This document shows positions 10,420 to 21,511 of a stretch of 64,000 nucleotides of DNA, piece by piece; the stretch's first letter is position 1, and the number at the start of each line of letters is the position of its first letter. Under the pieces are notes generated by a model that was not told where the DNA came from, ran no database searches, and saw only the letters and a list, made by a program, of their open reading frames with translations. This DNA is from Nitrospirota bacterium (GTDB lineage: Bacteria > Nitrospirota > UBA9217), in NCBI GenBank assembly GCA_963840455.1, contig CAWIYV010000008.1, positions 31,977-95,976 on the forward strand, read 5' to 3'. Position numbers and translations under genes: made by a program.

Positions 10420-12679
10420 GAATCGCATGGATTATCTCAACGACCTCAATCCTCCCCAGCGCGAAGCGGTCCTGCACGGCGACGGTCCGCTCCTGATCCT
10501 TGCCGGCGCGGGCAGCGGCAAAACGCGCGTGATCACCTGCCGGATCGCGCACTTGATCCGGGAGCGGGGCGTCCATCCGGGGAACATCCTGGCGGTGACG
10601 TTCACGAACAAGGCGGCGACGGAGATGCGCGAGCGGCTGGAACGCCTGCTCGCCATGCCGCTCCGGGGTCTCTGGATCAGCACGTTCCACGCTGCCTGCG
10701 TCCGTATCCTCCGCCAGCATATCAACGCGCTGGGCTACAAGAAATCCTTCGTGATCTACGATGAAACGGACCGTTCGTCGCTGATCAAGACCTGTATGCA
10801 GGACCTGCGGATCGACGACAAGCATTATCAGCCCCGGGCCGTCATCGCGCGCATCAGCGCCCTCAAGAACAACCTTACGGACCCCGAGCAGTTCGCGAAG
10901 AGGAGCGCGGGGTTCGGCTTCGACGACGCCGTGTACCGGACCTACAGCCTCTATAACGAGCGCCTGAAAGAATCGGGCGGCGTGGACTTTGATGACCTGC
11001 TGATGCTCACGGTCCGGCTCCTGGAGCAGCACCCGGACGTGCTCGCGTACTACCAGCAGCTGTTCCACCACGTCCTGATCGACGAGTACCAGGACACCAA
11101 CCACGCGCAGTACCGGCTGGTCCGTCTCCTGACCGCGAAGAGCAGGAGCCTGTGCGTGGTGGGCGACGACGACCAGAGCATCTACAAGTTCCGGGGCGCT
11201 GACATCACGAACATCCTGAACTTCGAGAAGGACTATCCGGACACGACGATCATCAAGCTGGAGCAGAACTACCGCTCCACGGAGAACATCCTCGGCGCGG
11301 CCAGCGCCGTGGTGAAGCGGAACCTGGGCAGGAAGGACAAGACGCTCTGGACGAGCCGCCGCGGCGGGGAACAGATCCTCTGCTACACTGCCGTTGACGA
11401 AAAGGACGAGGCGCGCTTCATCTGCAGGAACATCGAGCGGTTCATCGACGACGGCAGGGCGCTCGCGGAGATCGCGGTCCTGTACCGCACCAATGCACAG
11501 TCCCGCGCCCTCGAGGACGCGCTCCGGAACCGCGGCGTCGCGTACCGGATCTTCGGCGGTCTCCGGTTCTACGACCGCAAGGAGATCAAGGACATCATCG
11601 CCTACCTCCGGGTCCTGCACAATCCGGCGGACGCGGTCAGCCTGCGCCGCATCATCAATGTCCCTGCCCGCGGCATCGGCGACACGACCGTGGACCGGCT
11701 CGAACGGACGGGCCAGCAAAAGGGCCTCTCGCTCTACCAGGCGGCGATGGACCCGGCCGGTGCCGATGTTTCGACGGCTGCTGCGCGAAAGCTCGGAGAG
11801 TTCACCGGCATGATGGAGCGGCTTCGCGCCGGGCTGGACGGCCTGACCCTGACCGACCTCGTCCGGAAGGTCATCGAGGACTCGGGCTACGTGAGGTCCC
11901 TGGAAGAGGAGCGGTCCATCGAGGCCAGGATCAGGATCGAGAACCTGACCGAGCTGCTCACGGCGACCGAGGATTTTCAGGAGCAGAACCGCGAGGCCAC
12001 GCTTCCCGCGTTCCTGGACCAGGTGGCGCTGATCACCGACATGGAACAGCAGTCGGCAGGGGAGGGGAAGGGGAGAACGACAGCGAACAGCGTGACGCTC
12101 ATGACCCTGCACAATGCCAAGGGGCTGGAATTCCCGGTGGTGTTCATGGCCGGCATGGAAGAAGGCCTGTTCCCCCATGCACGCTCGGCTGAAAGCGAAG
12201 AGGAGCTGGAAGAGGAGCGGAGGCTCTGCTACGTGGGCATGACGCGGGCGAAGGAGCGGCTCATCCTGACCCACGCGTCGGAGCGCAGGATCTACGGTTA
12301 CCCTCAGGCGAACCTCGTCTCACGGTTCGTCGAAGAGATCCCCGCAGAGCTGATCGAGCGGGAAGGAATGCCGGTCTTTACCTCAGGTACCGGGAAACGG
12401 TATGTCCGGTGGGAGGACGCAATCGCACCTGACCATGCGCCGCCGGTGCTCGTGAACGCGGGACGCAAGGCGGCGAGCGGGCCGCCAACCGCAGCAGCGG
12501 CAAGGTCCGGCGATAAGACCCCGTACTACAACGGGGCTGTGGTGAAGCACGCGAAGTTCGGCATCGGGACGGTCCAGCGCTCGGAAGGCGCCGGGGACGA
12601 CCTGAAGATCAGCGTCAGCTTCCCCGGCCACGGGGTGAAGACCCTGGCGGTGAAGTACGCGAACCTTGAAGTGATATAG
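10418..12679 (+). CDS. pcrA: ATP-dependent DNA helicase PcrA/UvrD
   Basis: 'AGAGSGKT', 'DEYQDTN', 'VGDDDQSIY', 'EERRLCYVGMTRA', C-terminal Tudor-like domain. Confidence 0.95.
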   Translation: MNRMDYLNDLNPPQREAVLHGDGPLLILAGAGSGKTRVITCRIAHLIRERGVHPGNILAVTFTNKAATEMRERLERLLAMPLRGLWISTFHAACVRILRQHINALGYKKSFVIYDETDRSSLIKTCMQDLRIDDKHYQPRAVIARISALKNNLTDPEQFAKRSAGFGFDDAVYRTYSLYNERLKESGGVDFDDLLMLTVRLLEQHPDVLAYYQQLFHHVLIDEYQDTNHAQYRLVRLLTAKSRSLCVVGDDDQSIYKFRGADITNILNFEKDYPDTTIIKLEQNYRSTENILGAASAVVKRNLGRKDKTLWTSRRGGEQILCYTAVDEKDEARFICRNIERFIDDGRALAEIAVLYRTNAQSRALEDALRNRGVAYRIFGGLRFYDRKEIKDIIAYLRVLHNPADAVSLRRIINVPARGIGDTTVDRLERTGQQKGLSLYQAAMDPAGADVSTAAARKLGEFTGMMERLRAGLDGLTLTDLVRKVIEDSGYVRSLEEERSIEARIRIENLTELLTATEDFQEQNREATLPAFLDQVALITDMEQQSAGEGKGRTTANSVTLMTLHNAKGLEFPVVFMAGMEEGLFPHARSAESEEELEEERRLCYVGMTRAKERLILTHASERRIYGYPQANLVSRFVEEIPAELIEREGMPVFTSGTGKRYVRWEDAIAPDHAPPVLVNAGRKAASGPPTAAAARSGDKTPYYNGAVVKHAKFGIGTVQRSEGAGDDLKISVSFPGHGVKTLAVKYANLEVI

Positions 12680-12683
12680 TTTA

Positions 12684-12778
12684 TTTTCACCGCAGAGACC
12701 GCGGAGGACGCAGAGAAGATCTCGGGATTTATGTTGGTTCATCATTCCTCAGCGCTCTCTGCGATCTCTGCGGTAAAA
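12684..12778. repeat. Inverted 9-mer-based palindromic repeat (CACCGCAGAG...CTCTGCGGT)
   Basis: Related copy at 16648-16731; half copies near 15008, 52470 and 54860. Confidence 0.7.
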
Positions 12779-12798
12779 GAATATTCAGGAGTCAATGT

Positions 12799-13086
12799 AT
12801 GAAGATATCGAAACAGGAAGTGGAGCATGTGGCGAAGCTGGCGAGGCTGGAGCTTTCGGAGCAGGAGAAGGAAAAGCTCACGGACCAGCTCTCGAACATC
12901 CTCACCTATGTGGAGACGCTGAACTCGCTGGACACGAAGGGCGTTGAACCGACCTCCCATGTCCTCGACCTCAAGAACGTGATGCGCGACGACGTGGCCG
13001 TACCGGGCCTTACCCAGGAGCAGGCCCTGGCGAACGCGCCGGACAAGGCAGCGGGGCATTATAAAGTGCCGAAGATCATCGAATAG
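12799..13086 (+). CDS. gatC: Asp/Glu-tRNA amidotransferase subunit C
   Basis: '[10 protein letters not shown]', 'VEPTSH', 'VPKII'. Confidence 0.96.
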   Translation: MKISKQEVEHVAKLARLELSEQEKEKLTDQLSNILTYVETLNSLDTKGVEPTSHVLDLKNVMRDDVAVPGLTQEQALANAPDKAAGHYKVPKIIE

Positions 13087-13180
13087 ATTGCGGATCGCAG
13101 ATCGCAGGTCGCGGATCGTGAAGCGACCGCGGCGAACTATTTGTGCTCATTCCACAATCCGAAATTCGCAATCCGCAATT
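13086..13180. repeat. Inverted heptanucleotide repeat tract
   Basis: gattgcg gatcgca gatcgca ggtcgcg ... aatccga aattcgc aatccgc. Confidence 0.7.
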
Positions 13181-13192
13181 AAAGGGAGACCC

Positions 13193-13543
13193 ATGTTACG
13201 ACTGATGTTGAGATCGAAGATCCACCGGGCCACGGTGACGGACGCGAACCTGGAATACGAGGGGAGCCTGACCGTGGACCCCCTGCTGCTTGAGGCGGCG
13301 GGCATCCTGCACTACGAGCAGGTGAGCGTCTCGAACCTGAACAACGGCGAGCGCTTCGAGACTTACGTGATCCCCGGCAAGCGCGGCTCCGGCGACATGG
13401 TCCTGAACGGGCCCACGGCGCGGAAGGGCGCGAAGGGGGATAAGGTCATCGTCTTCTGCTATGAGTACTATAGCGAGCAGGAGCTCAAGACCTTCAAGCC
13501 CCGGATCATCATGGTCGACGACCAGAACAGGATAAAGGAGTAG
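13193..13543 (+). CDS. panD: Aspartate 1-decarboxylase
   Basis: 'SKIHRATVT', G|S autocleavage in 'YEGSLT', 'NGERFETY'; RBS AAGGGAG. Confidence 0.95.
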   Translation: MLRLMLRSKIHRATVTDANLEYEGSLTVDPLLLEAAGILHYEQVSVSNLNNGERFETYVIPGKRGSGDMVLNGPTARKGAKGDKVIVFCYEYYSEQELKTFKPRIIMVDDQNRIKE

Positions 13544-13545
13544 CA

Positions 13546-15003
13546 ATGGACCTCTTTTCCCTCACGGTCAACGAGCTGGGCGGCCTGCTTGCGAAGGGCG
13601 AGACCACATCACGGGCCGTGACCGAATCCGTCCTGGAGCGGATCAAGGCCGTGGACAGCAAGGTCCGGGCATATATCACGGTGACCGGCGACGCTGCGCT
13701 TGCGCAGGCAGACAAGGCGGACAAGGACCGCAAGGCCGGCACCGCATCGCCTGTGCTCGGCATCCCCGTTGCCATCAAGGACAACATGTGCACCGCAGGC
13801 ATACGGACGACCTGCGCATCGAAGATCCTGGGGAACTTCATTCCGCCCTACGATGCCACGGTTGTCAGTCGGCTCGGCCAGGCGGGAACGGTGATGCCCG
13901 GCAAGGTCAACATGGATGAGTTCGCCATGGGCTCTTCCACGGAGAATTCGGGGTTCTTCGCGACGAAGAATCCCTGGGACCTCGAGCGCATCCCCGGCGG
14001 GTCCAGCGGCGGGTCCGCGGCAGCGGTGGCCGCGGGAGAATGCATCGCAGCGCTGGGGTCCGACACAGGCGGCTCCATACGCCAGCCGGCTGCCTGCTGC
14101 GGCGTGGTGGGCCTCAAACCCACCTATGGCAGGGTCTCGCGCTTCGGGCTCGTTGCCTTTGCCTCGTCCCTGGACCAGATCGGTCCGCTCACCAAGGACG
14201 TGACCGATTCCGCCATCATGATGAACGCCATTGCGGGCCATGATCCGAAGGACTCGACGTCCGCCGACGTGCCGGTCCCGGATTTCAGGTCGTCGCTGGT
14301 CAAGGATGTGAAAGGCATGAAGGTCGGCATCCCAAAGGAGTACTTCATCGAGGGCATGGATCCCGAGGTGGACAAGGCGGTCCGGGACGCGGTCAGGACG
14401 CTCGAGGGCCTCGGCGCCAAGATCGTGGACGTCACCCTGCCGCACACCGGCTATGCCGTGGCCACGTACTACATCCTCGCCACCTCTGAGGCGAGCTCGA
14501 ACCTCGCCCGCTACGACGGGGTCAAGTACGGGTTCCGCGCCGAGGGTGCGAAGGACCTCCTGGACCAGTACATGAAGTCCCGCAGTCAGGGCTTCGGGCC
14601 CGAGGTAAAGCGCAGGATCATGCTCGGCACCTATGCCCTCTCGGCGGGCTACTACGAGGCCTACTACAAGAAGGGTCAGCAGGTCCGCACGCTGATCAAA
14701 CAGGACTTCGAGGAGGCCTTCAAGAACGTTGACGTGATTGCCACGCCCACGGCGCCGACAGCCGCGTTCAAGCTCGGGGAGAAGTCATCGGACCCGCTCC
14801 AGATGTACCTGTCGGACATCTTCACCATCAGTGTGAACCTGGCCGGCATTCCCGGCATTTCCTTGCCCTGCGGGTTCGCGACGGGCAACCTCCCCATCGG
14901 ACTCCAGCTGCTGGGCAGGCACTTCGACGAGGCCTCGGTCCTGCGCGCGGCCTTCGCGTATGAGCAGGCGACGGATTGGCATAAGAAAAGACCGAAGATA
15001 TGA
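13546..15003 (+). CDS. gatA: Asp/Glu-tRNA amidotransferase subunit A
   Basis: Amidase signature '[11 protein letters not shown]', '[12 protein letters not shown]', 'EVKRRIMLG'. Confidence 0.97.
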   Translation: MDLFSLTVNELGGLLAKGETTSRAVTESVLERIKAVDSKVRAYITVTGDAALAQADKADKDRKAGTASPVLGIPVAIKDNMCTAGIRTTCASKILGNFIPPYDATVVSRLGQAGTVMPGKVNMDEFAMGSSTENSGFFATKNPWDLERIPGGSSGGSAAAVAAGECIAALGSDTGGSIRQPAACCGVVGLKPTYGRVSRFGLVAFASSLDQIGPLTKDVTDSAIMMNAIAGHDPKDSTSADVPVPDFRSSLVKDVKGMKVGIPKEYFIEGMDPEVDKAVRDAVRTLEGLGAKIVDVTLPHTGYAVATYYILATSEASSNLARYDGVKYGFRAEGAKDLLDQYMKSRSQGFGPEVKRRIMLGTYALSAGYYEAYYKKGQQVRTLIKQDFEEAFKNVDVIATPTAPTAAFKLGEKSSDPLQMYLSDIFTISVNLAGIPGISLPCGFATGNLPIGLQLLGRHFDEASVLRAAFAYEQATDWHKKRPKI

Positions 15004-15184
15004 TAATTTGCCGCAAAGACATAGAGGGCACGGAGAAGACCGAAAAGCATATTTTGACAGGATCAACAGGACAGCACCACAACCTGAGTTTTGTTGGTGC
15101 AGCGAAAGAAGAGAACCTTTAATCAGTAAGCTTTACTTTGTATCGCCGCGCCTCTGCGGCGGATGTTCCTGAAAGGATGTTACG

Positions 15185-16615
15185 ATGAAATACGAAGCAG
15201 TCATCGGACTGGAGGTGCACGCGCAGCTCCAGACCAACACCAAGATCTTCTGCGGCTGCGAGACCGCGTTCGGCGAGGAGGCCAACACGCGGACCTGTCC
15301 GGTCTGCATCGGCATGCCGGGCGTGCTGCCGGTGCTGAACAGGAAGGCCGTCGAGTTCATCATCAAGACCGGCCTGGCAACGCACTGCACCATCAGCACC
15401 TTCAGCAGGTTCGCCCGGAAGAACTATTTCTATCCTGACCTGCCCAAGGGCTACCAGATCTCCCAGTATGAGCTGCCGCTGTGCGAGCACGGGTATGTGG
15501 AGATCGTGGTCGACGGTGCGGTCAAGCGGATCGGCATCACGCGCATCCATCTCGAGGAGGACGCAGGCAAGAATCTGCACACCGCCGAGAGCGGCGCGAG
15601 CCTGGTGGACCTGAACCGCGCCGGCACGCCGCTCATGGAGATCGTATCCGAACCCGATATCCGCACGGCCGATGAGGCCGCGGAATATCTCAAAAAGCTC
15701 CGCTCCCTCCTGCGCTATATCGAGGTGTCCGACGCCGATATGGAGAAGGGGAACTTCCGGTGCGACTGCAACGTGTCGATCCGGCCCGTGGGCGCCAGGG
15801 AGTTCGGCACCCGGGCGGAAGTCAAGAACGTCAACTCCTTCAAGTTCGTGCAGAAGGCGCTGGAATACGAGATCAAGCGCCAGGCCCAGATCCTCGACGA
15901 AGGAGGGCGGGTGGTTCAGGAGACGCGCCTGTTCGATTCCACCAAGGGGATAACCTTTTCCATGCGGAGCAAGGAAGAGGCGCACGACTACCGGTATTTC
16001 CCCGAGCCTGACCTCGTGCCTGTGGTGACCTCACCGGCGACCGTTGAGAGCATCAGAGCGACCATCCCCGAGCTGCCGGACGCAAAGCGGGAGCGGTTCG
16101 TGAAGGAGTACGGACTGCCGGAATACGACGCCGACATGCTGACCCAGAGCAGGGGGCTTGCGGCGTACTTCGAGGAGTCGGCAGCGCTTTCGGGGCAGCC
16201 CAAGGTGATCTCGAATTGGATGATGGGCGAGCTTATGCGGCTCATGAACGCGGACAACAGGGAGATCGAGGCATGTCCGGTTAGGCCGGACCGGCTCGCC
16301 GGCATGGTCAAGATGATCGCGGACGGAGTGATCAGCACCAAGATCGCCAAGACCGTGTTCGAGGAGATGTACAGGACCGGCAAGGACGCCGGGACGGTGG
16401 TAAAAGAGCAGGGACTGGTGCAGGTGTCTGACACCGGAGAGATCGAGAGGATCATCGCTGAGGTGATCAAGGCCAACCCATCCCAGCACGCCGACTACAA
16501 GACTGGAAAGGATAAGCTGTTCGGATTTTTCGTGGGACAGGTGATGAAGGCGAGCAAGGGCAAGGCGAACCCGGATATCGTGAACCAGCTGCTGAAGAAG
16601 AAACTGGCAGAATAA
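15185..16615 (+). CDS. gatB: Asp/Glu-tRNA amidotransferase subunit B
   Basis: 'IGLEVHAQL', '[17 protein letters not shown]', '[10 protein letters not shown]'. Confidence 0.97.
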   Translation: MKYEAVIGLEVHAQLQTNTKIFCGCETAFGEEANTRTCPVCIGMPGVLPVLNRKAVEFIIKTGLATHCTISTFSRFARKNYFYPDLPKGYQISQYELPLCEHGYVEIVVDGAVKRIGITRIHLEEDAGKNLHTAESGASLVDLNRAGTPLMEIVSEPDIRTADEAAEYLKKLRSLLRYIEVSDADMEKGNFRCDCNVSIRPVGAREFGTRAEVKNVNSFKFVQKALEYEIKRQAQILDEGGRVVQETRLFDSTKGITFSMRSKEEAHDYRYFPEPDLVPVVTSPATVESIRATIPELPDAKRERFVKEYGLPEYDADMLTQSRGLAAYFEESAALSGQPKVISNWMMGELMRLMNADNREIEACPVRPDRLAGMVKMIADGVISTKIAKTVFEEMYRTGKDAGTVVKEQGLVQVSDTGEIERIIAEVIKANPSQHADYKTGKDKLFGFFVGQVMKASKGKANPDIVNQLLKKKLAE

Positions 16616-16647
16616 GGAAAATGATGCGGTGAGGTCGACAGAATCAA

Positions 16648-16731
16648 TTTCACCGCAGAGGACGCAGAGATCGCCGAGAAAAAGTGATCTGGCCGATTCA
16701 CCTCTGCGGCCTCCGCGTTCTCTGCGGTAAA
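16648..16731. repeat. Inverted 9-mer-based palindromic repeat
   Basis: tttcaccgcagag gacgcagag ... ctctgcggc ctccgcgtt ctctgcggtaaa. Confidence 0.7.
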
Positions 16732-16782
16732 TAATATCTATTTTGTGAATCGGAAATCTACTACGATGTAGGGGGATATCAG

Positions 16783-17475
16783 ATGCTTGAACAAATGCGG
16801 AAACATATGAACTGGATCATGTGGATCATCCTGATCCTCGTGATCATCTCTTTCCTGTTCTTCGGGATATACCCGTCCGACCGGGGGCGGGGCGAGGCGG
16901 CAACGGTCAATGGCGATGTCATCACCGCCGGAGAACTGGACCGGGCATACCGGAACATGTACGAATCGTACCGCCAGATCTTCAAAGACAAGTTCACCGA
17001 CGCCATGGCCAAGACCCTCCGGCAGCAGGCGCTGCGGGACCTTGTCCAGAACCGGCTTCTGGTCCAGGAGGCGTCAAGGATGGGACTCCGGGTGTCCGAT
17101 GAAGAGATCCAGGCGGCGATCATGCGGACACCGGCATTCGCGCCGGGTGGCAGGTTCGACAAGGCCGCCTACGACCGCTACCTTGACTACATCAACGTCA
17201 AACACAGCGTGTTCGAAGAGACTCAGCGGGAATTCATGCTGAAGCAGAAGATCGAACGGATCATCGAAGATGCGGTCGATGTGACCGAGGACGAGCTGAA
17301 GGCAGCGTATGCCTCCCGCAATGCCAAGGCAAAGGCCGGAGACTTTGACAAGGACCGCGAGGCCTTCCGGAAGACCTATTTGGCGGAGAAAAGACGGGAT
17401 GCCGTGAACGCTTACGCCCAGGCCCTCTTCAAGAAAGGCAAGATCACGTTGAACCAGGCGGAGCTCGCATCGTAA
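16783..17475 (+). CDS. SurA/PpiD N-terminal domain chaperone without a recognisable PPIase domain
   Basis: 'MLEQMRK', TM helix, 'ATVNGDVIT', 'GLRVSDEEI', 'F...GRFD...Y'. Confidence 0.8.
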   Translation: MLEQMRKHMNWIMWIILILVIISFLFFGIYPSDRGRGEAATVNGDVITAGELDRAYRNMYESYRQIFKDKFTDAMAKTLRQQALRDLVQNRLLVQEASRMGLRVSDEEIQAAIMRTPAFAPGGRFDKAAYDRYLDYINVKHSVFEETQREFMLKQKIERIIEDAVDVTEDELKAAYASRNAKAKAGDFDKDREAFRKTYLAEKRRDAVNAYAQALFKKGKITLNQAELAS

Positions 17476-17499
17476 AACGCATCTTGCCGGAAAAACAGC

Positions 17500-17535
17500 G
17501 GGGCACGGCCGTTCGATCGGCCGCGCCCCTTTTTA
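17500..17535 (+). terminator. Rho-independent terminator
   Basis: GGGGCACGGCCG / CGGCCGCGCCCC stem followed by a T run. Confidence 0.75.
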
Positions 17536-17617
17536 ATTGGATCTTCTCCCTGTTAAGTGGGCAAAACATACCAGACAAGGGCCGGGTTTTTGCATATCCC
17601 CTTCGCGTTCTGAATGG

Positions 17618-17743
17618 ACCCCTCCGCACCTCCCCTTGTTAAGGGGAGGCTGGGTGGGGTAGGCCACGTCCGCTCGCCCGATAATAAAGCACCCTCTCCC
17701 TTTTCCCCTCTCCCCTCGAGGGAGAGGGGCGGGGGTGAGGGGC
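17618..17743. repeat. Two REP-like GC-rich palindromes
   Basis: CCTCCCCTT-GTT-AAGGGGAGG and CCCCTCTCCC-CTCGA-GGGAGAGGGG...GGGGTGAGGG. Confidence 0.6.
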
Positions 17744-17777
17744 AGTCTTGATACTTCGGCCTCAGACATGCGCGTTT

Positions 17778-17810
17778 AAGCTCCATGCAGTTTGCTTTTG
17801 GGAGCTTCAA
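17778..17810 (+). repeat. Repeat family A, isolated right-end fragment
   Basis: AAGCTCCATGCAG...GGGAGCTTCAA. Confidence 0.55.
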
Positions 17811-18085
17811 CAGGTCTGTGCACAAGCATGCGCAAGCGGTCACAGTCGATCACATCACGAAGCCAAGCAGACACGGCCGAGCCCGGTTTAACGGGCGAAG
17901 GGATGTGCCGCTTTGCCCGATGAATATTGATATCAGTACCAGCCCTGCATGCCTGCACTGAGCTGTGAGCCGGGGTGCAGAAAAGAAAGTGAATTATTCT
18001 TGTACCTGATTTAAATCGTTGTATGATACCCACTTGTTTAAGATGTGATCCCTTCTGGTATTGTCCGGAACGAACGGACCGTGCG

Positions 18086-19480
18086 TTACTTCCGCTCCCC
18101 AAGCTCCGCGAACAGATGGATCAGGCTCCTGCAGGCGCTCTCCCAGTCGGCGATGACCAGGCTTTCGTTCTCCGAATGGTTGGCAGCGTAGGGATCGCCG
18201 ACACCGAAGAGCAGGGCCGGCACGCCGCCCAGGGTCTCGGTGATGGTCTGGACAAACGGTATCGATCCGCCGGCGCCGGTGACCACGGGTTTCCTGCCGT
18301 ACCCTTTTTCCAGCGCTGCCAGAGCCGCTTCGAAGATCGGCCCCTCCGTGTCGGTCCGCCACCATCGCGAGGGAGATTCCGGGTTCACCGTCACCTGCAC
18401 CCCCCAGGGCGCCTGTTTCATCAGGTGGTCCTTCAGAAGTCCCAGCGTCTCTACGGGGTCCATGTCCGGGACGATGCGGATGCCGACGCGCGCCCACGCC
18501 GCGTCGTTGATGATGTTTGCCGCCTGTTTTCTGCTGCTGGCCTCGATGGCGTTCACGGCGATCGATGGCCGGTACCACATCTTCTCGTACACCGTTCCCG
18601 TTCCGCCGATAATGTTCACGCTGTCGAGGACCCGGGACTGCCTCCGGTAGACGGCTTCCTGGAACGGCAGGCTCTCCAGGCTTGCCCTGTCGCGGGGGGA
18701 GAGGGGCCGCACCTTGCCCAGGATCCCCGGAATGGCAGGCCTTCCCTGATCATCAACGAGCGTTGCGAGCATCCTGGCAAGGGCCAGGACCGGATCGGGC
18801 AGGGGGCCTCCCCAGGTGCCCGAGTGCACGCTTGAGGACAGGGACCTGACCTCGACGGTCACGGTAACGATGCCCCGAAGCGATGCCGTAAGCGACGGCG
18901 TGCCGGTCTCGAAATTCTCGCTGTCCGCGATGACCACTGCATCGGCCGCGAGCAGTCTGCCGTGTTCCTTGAGAATCTGCTCCAGGTTGCCGGACCCGAC
19001 CTCCTCCTCGCCTTCGATCAGCACCTTCACGTTCACGGGAAGTCTTCCCGCGCCCTGCAGCCAGGAACTGACCGCGGCAAGGTGCATCATGACCCCGCCC
19101 TTGTCGTCCGAGGCGCCGCGGCCGTAAAGCCTTCCCTCCCGCTCCGATGGTTCGAACGGAGGCGTCTTCCAGAGGTCCTCTCTCCCTACGGGCTGGACAT
19201 CATAATGGGCGTACAGGAGCAGGGTGGGCCCGCCGGGTGCGCCGATCCGCTGTCCGAACACCGAGGGGTATCCGGCGGTCGTCCCGAGGACCCTGACGTC
19301 GTTGAGCCGGTGTTTCCGAAGCAGCGTTGCCACGGCCCCTGCGCACGCCATGACCGGAGAGGCGTCGAAGCCGGGAAAACTGATGCTCGGGATGCGGACG
19401 AGGTCCTTCAGGTCCTGCAGATGGTCCTTTGCATGTTGTGAGAAGTGGTCCAGTGCGGTGGAGAGCGGTTTTCCTGTCAT
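18086..19480 (-). CDS. M20/M25/M40 family metallopeptidase (dipeptidase/deacylase)
   Basis: 'YAHYDVQP', 'YGRGASDDKG', 'EGEEEVGS', 'HSENE'. Confidence 0.93.
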   Translation of the reverse strand: MTGKPLSTALDHFSQHAKDHLQDLKDLVRIPSISFPGFDASPVMACAGAVATLLRKHRLNDVRVLGTTAGYPSVFGQRIGAPGGPTLLLYAHYDVQPVGREDLWKTPPFEPSEREGRLYGRGASDDKGGVMMHLAAVSSWLQGAGRLPVNVKVLIEGEEEVGSGNLEQILKEHGRLLAADAVVIADSENFETGTPSLTASLRGIVTVTVEVRSLSSSVHSGTWGGPLPDPVLALARMLATLVDDQGRPAIPGILGKVRPLSPRDRASLESLPFQEAVYRRQSRVLDSVNIIGGTGTVYEKMWYRPSIAVNAIEASSRKQAANIINDAAWARVGIRIVPDMDPVETLGLLKDHLMKQAPWGVQVTVNPESPSRWWRTDTEGPIFEAALAALEKGYGRKPVVTGAGGSIPFVQTITETLGGVPALLFGVGDPYAANHSENESLVIADWESACRSLIHLFAELGERK

Positions 19481-19558
19481 CGAGGCTCCTTGCCGGGAAG
19501 AAGACCTGGCCCGTTTGGCCGTCCATGCGGTCCGAAACGGTCTGAGCGGATACCCGGT

Positions 19559-19587
19559 ATTATAATCGCGTCATGCCGGATTATCAA
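19559..19587 (-). promoter_or_regulatory. Putative sigma70 promoter of M20 peptidase
   Basis: Minus strand TTGATA-17 bp-TATAAT. Confidence 0.6.
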
Positions 19588-19624
19588 CCGGTCGCCTTGC
19601 GAAGAGGTATCTTGACCTGATCGT

Positions 19625-19699
19625 AGGAGCGAGCGCGTTCCCGGCTGTTCTTTACGGGGATAGCGAGCGAATAGGATGAGCATTCTTCCTTGAGGATCG
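19625..19699 (+). repeat. Repeat family A, degenerate partial copy
   Basis: AGGAGCGAGCG...TAGCGAGCGA...TTCCTTGAGGATCG. Confidence 0.7.
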
Positions 19700-19702
19700 T
19701 CT

Positions 19703-20380
19703 TCAGAGACCTCTGCGGCCTCCTCTCCTGAGCTCGATCCCCGCTCTCACCAGCGCCGCCTCGAAATCCGGAAAGTCCTTCGGCTGCATCCCTGCATCCT
19801 TCCATGCTCTCACGAGATGCTCAAGGACCTTCCTCCTGTCATGCAAGGTCTTCGGGACGATGCCCCTGTGGTGTGCCGCCATGACAACGAGGTCGGAAGG
19901 GAGGGGATCGGCCTTTTCCCAGATGCCGCGCATCTCTCTGAGGAAAATGCCCGCGGTCACGTCGCCGATGCCTTTGGCAAGTGACTTGATCCGCTGTTCG
20001 AGGTTCTTGCCATCCGCTGCAGCGGCGTGGAGGTTCGCGAGATCAGCCTGGTAGTCCTGCGTCAGCGCCCTGCACAGGTCCAGCAGCTTGGTCGCGGTCT
20101 TGAAGTCGTACCGCACATAGCCGCCTTGGTCCAGGACCTCCACGAGGCCGTCCCATCCTGTTTTGAGAACGGCTTTAGGCGAAACGATGGCCCTGGAAGC
20201 GAACTCGCGGAAGGTCTTTTTCACAATGGTTTCCGATATCCTCGCACCGAAGAGCACGGACGCGAGGAACCACTTGAATATCTCCCGCGAGCGTCCCCGC
20301 GAAAGGTCGATCCCGAGCTCATCGGAGAACCTTCCCGGGTACTGCCCCCTAAGCGCCCGTATGGCGGATGCCGCGGTCAT
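19703..20380 (-). CDS. Helix-hairpin-helix (HhH-GPD-like) DNA-binding/repair protein
   Basis: 'FKWFLASVLFGARI', 'GGYVRYD', 'KGIGDVTAGIFLRE' HhH motif; ATGA-coupled to upstream gene. Confidence 0.6.
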   Translation of the reverse strand: MTAASAIRALRGQYPGRFSDELGIDLSRGRSREIFKWFLASVLFGARISETIVKKTFREFASRAIVSPKAVLKTGWDGLVEVLDQGGYVRYDFKTATKLLDLCRALTQDYQADLANLHAAAADGKNLEQRIKSLAKGIGDVTAGIFLREMRGIWEKADPLPSDLVVMAAHHRGIVPKTLHDRRKVLEHLVRAWKDAGMQPKDFPDFEAALVRAGIELRRGGRRGL

Positions 20381-20613
20381 GATGCGTAATACCATGCCAG
20401 GACATTCTCGTCGAAATAGATCCGATGGGTATTCCCGTCGCTTCCCTTGACCCTGAAGAACCGCTTTCGCACCCTGTACTCGGACCCTTCCTCGATCCAG
20501 CGGTCCGCGATCTCCACAACGTCGATGCGCAGCCCCCGGAGGATGAATGTCACGGGCCGCTCATCACCCTTGTTGCCTGAATAGGATATGACGTCGATCT
20601 GTTCTGCGTACAT
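20377..20613 (-). CDS. Small hypothetical protein (DUF6504-like)
   Basis: RBS GGAGG; 'ERPVTF...V.EI.DRW...FRV' pattern. Confidence 0.6.
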   Translation of the reverse strand: MYAEQIDVISYSGNKGDERPVTFILRGLRIDVVEIADRWIEEGSEYRVRKRFFRVKGSDGNTHRIYFDENVLAWYYAS

Positions 20614-20776
20614 GCGACGACCTCCTTTTTCGGGACAGGGGAAATGCACGATTGTGCTCATCTTCGCTCGCGTCATAGCATTACCGGCACACATCTTCTT
20701 GAACTCTCGTTCATTACAAAAAAGACTCCCCCTTTCTTAGAGTATGCCATAATTAAAGCAGGGAGGTGATGTTCTC

Positions 20777-21511
20777 ATGTTCCCATCCGCGAAAACGGTC
20801 GTCCGGATCCTGCTCTATTTCCTGGTCATGCTCCTTATCCTCTTGTATCTTGCCCTCTCTGCTGCAGCGGACCAGTACACGCTCAAGCGGCAGCAGATGG
20901 TCGAGCAGGATATCAGGGGAAGGGGCATCCAGGACCCTGTCGTTCTTGGTGTCATGGGCAGAGTTCCGAGGCATGTGTTCGTGGATGCATCCTACCGGGA
21001 CAAGGCATATGGCGACCATCCACTGCCGATCGGAGAGGGGCAGACAATCTCGCAGCCCTATGTGGTCGCGCTCATGACCGAGGCTCTGCTGCTGAGGCCT
21101 GCCGACCGGGTGCTGGAGATCGGAACGGGCTCTGGCTACCAGGCGGCAGTGCTTGCCGAGATCGTGAAGGAGGTCTATACCATCGAGATACGCAAGCCCC
21201 TTGCCGACCGGGCTGCGAAGACCCTCGCTGACCTCGGGTACCGGAATGTGAAGGTCAAATCCGGCGACGGGTACTTCGGTTGGGCGGAGCAGGCGCCTTA
21301 TGACGCGATCATCATCACGGCTGCGGCAAACCACATCCCCCCGCCGCTCATTGAGCAGCTCAAGGAGCGCGGCAGGCTCATCGTGCCGCTCGGCAGCACG
21401 GTGTATTTCCAGACCCTCACTGTCGCGACGAAGCGGAAAGGGGAGCTGGACGTTGAACAGATATGCCCCGTGGCCTTCGTGCCCATGACCGGAAAGATGC
21501 AGGAGCGGTAA
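20777..21511 (+). CDS. pcm: Protein-L-isoaspartate O-methyltransferase with N-terminal hydrophobic leader
   Basis: 'VPRHVFV', 'GQTISQP', '[13 protein letters not shown]', 'APYDAII', 'FVPM'. Confidence 0.93.
   Translation: MFPSAKTVVRILLYFLVMLLILLYLALSAAADQYTLKRQQMVEQDIRGRGIQDPVVLGVMGRVPRHVFVDASYRDKAYGDHPLPIGEGQTISQPYVVALMTEALLLRPADRVLEIGTGSGYQAAVLAEIVKEVYTIEIRKPLADRAAKTLADLGYRNVKVKSGDGYFGWAEQAPYDAIIITAAANHIPPPLIEQLKERGRLIVPLGSTVYFQTLTVATKRKGELDVEQICPVAFVPMTGKMQER

Noticed and set aside
7099-12274. Long antisense ORFs (461, 617, 675 aa) opposite glmU, glmS and pcrA
   Set aside because: Shadow ORFs expected from high third-position GC; no protein motifs
17811-18000. Intergenic hairpins as riboswitch or sRNA
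   Set aside because: No recognisable aptamer consensus; lies between convergent genes
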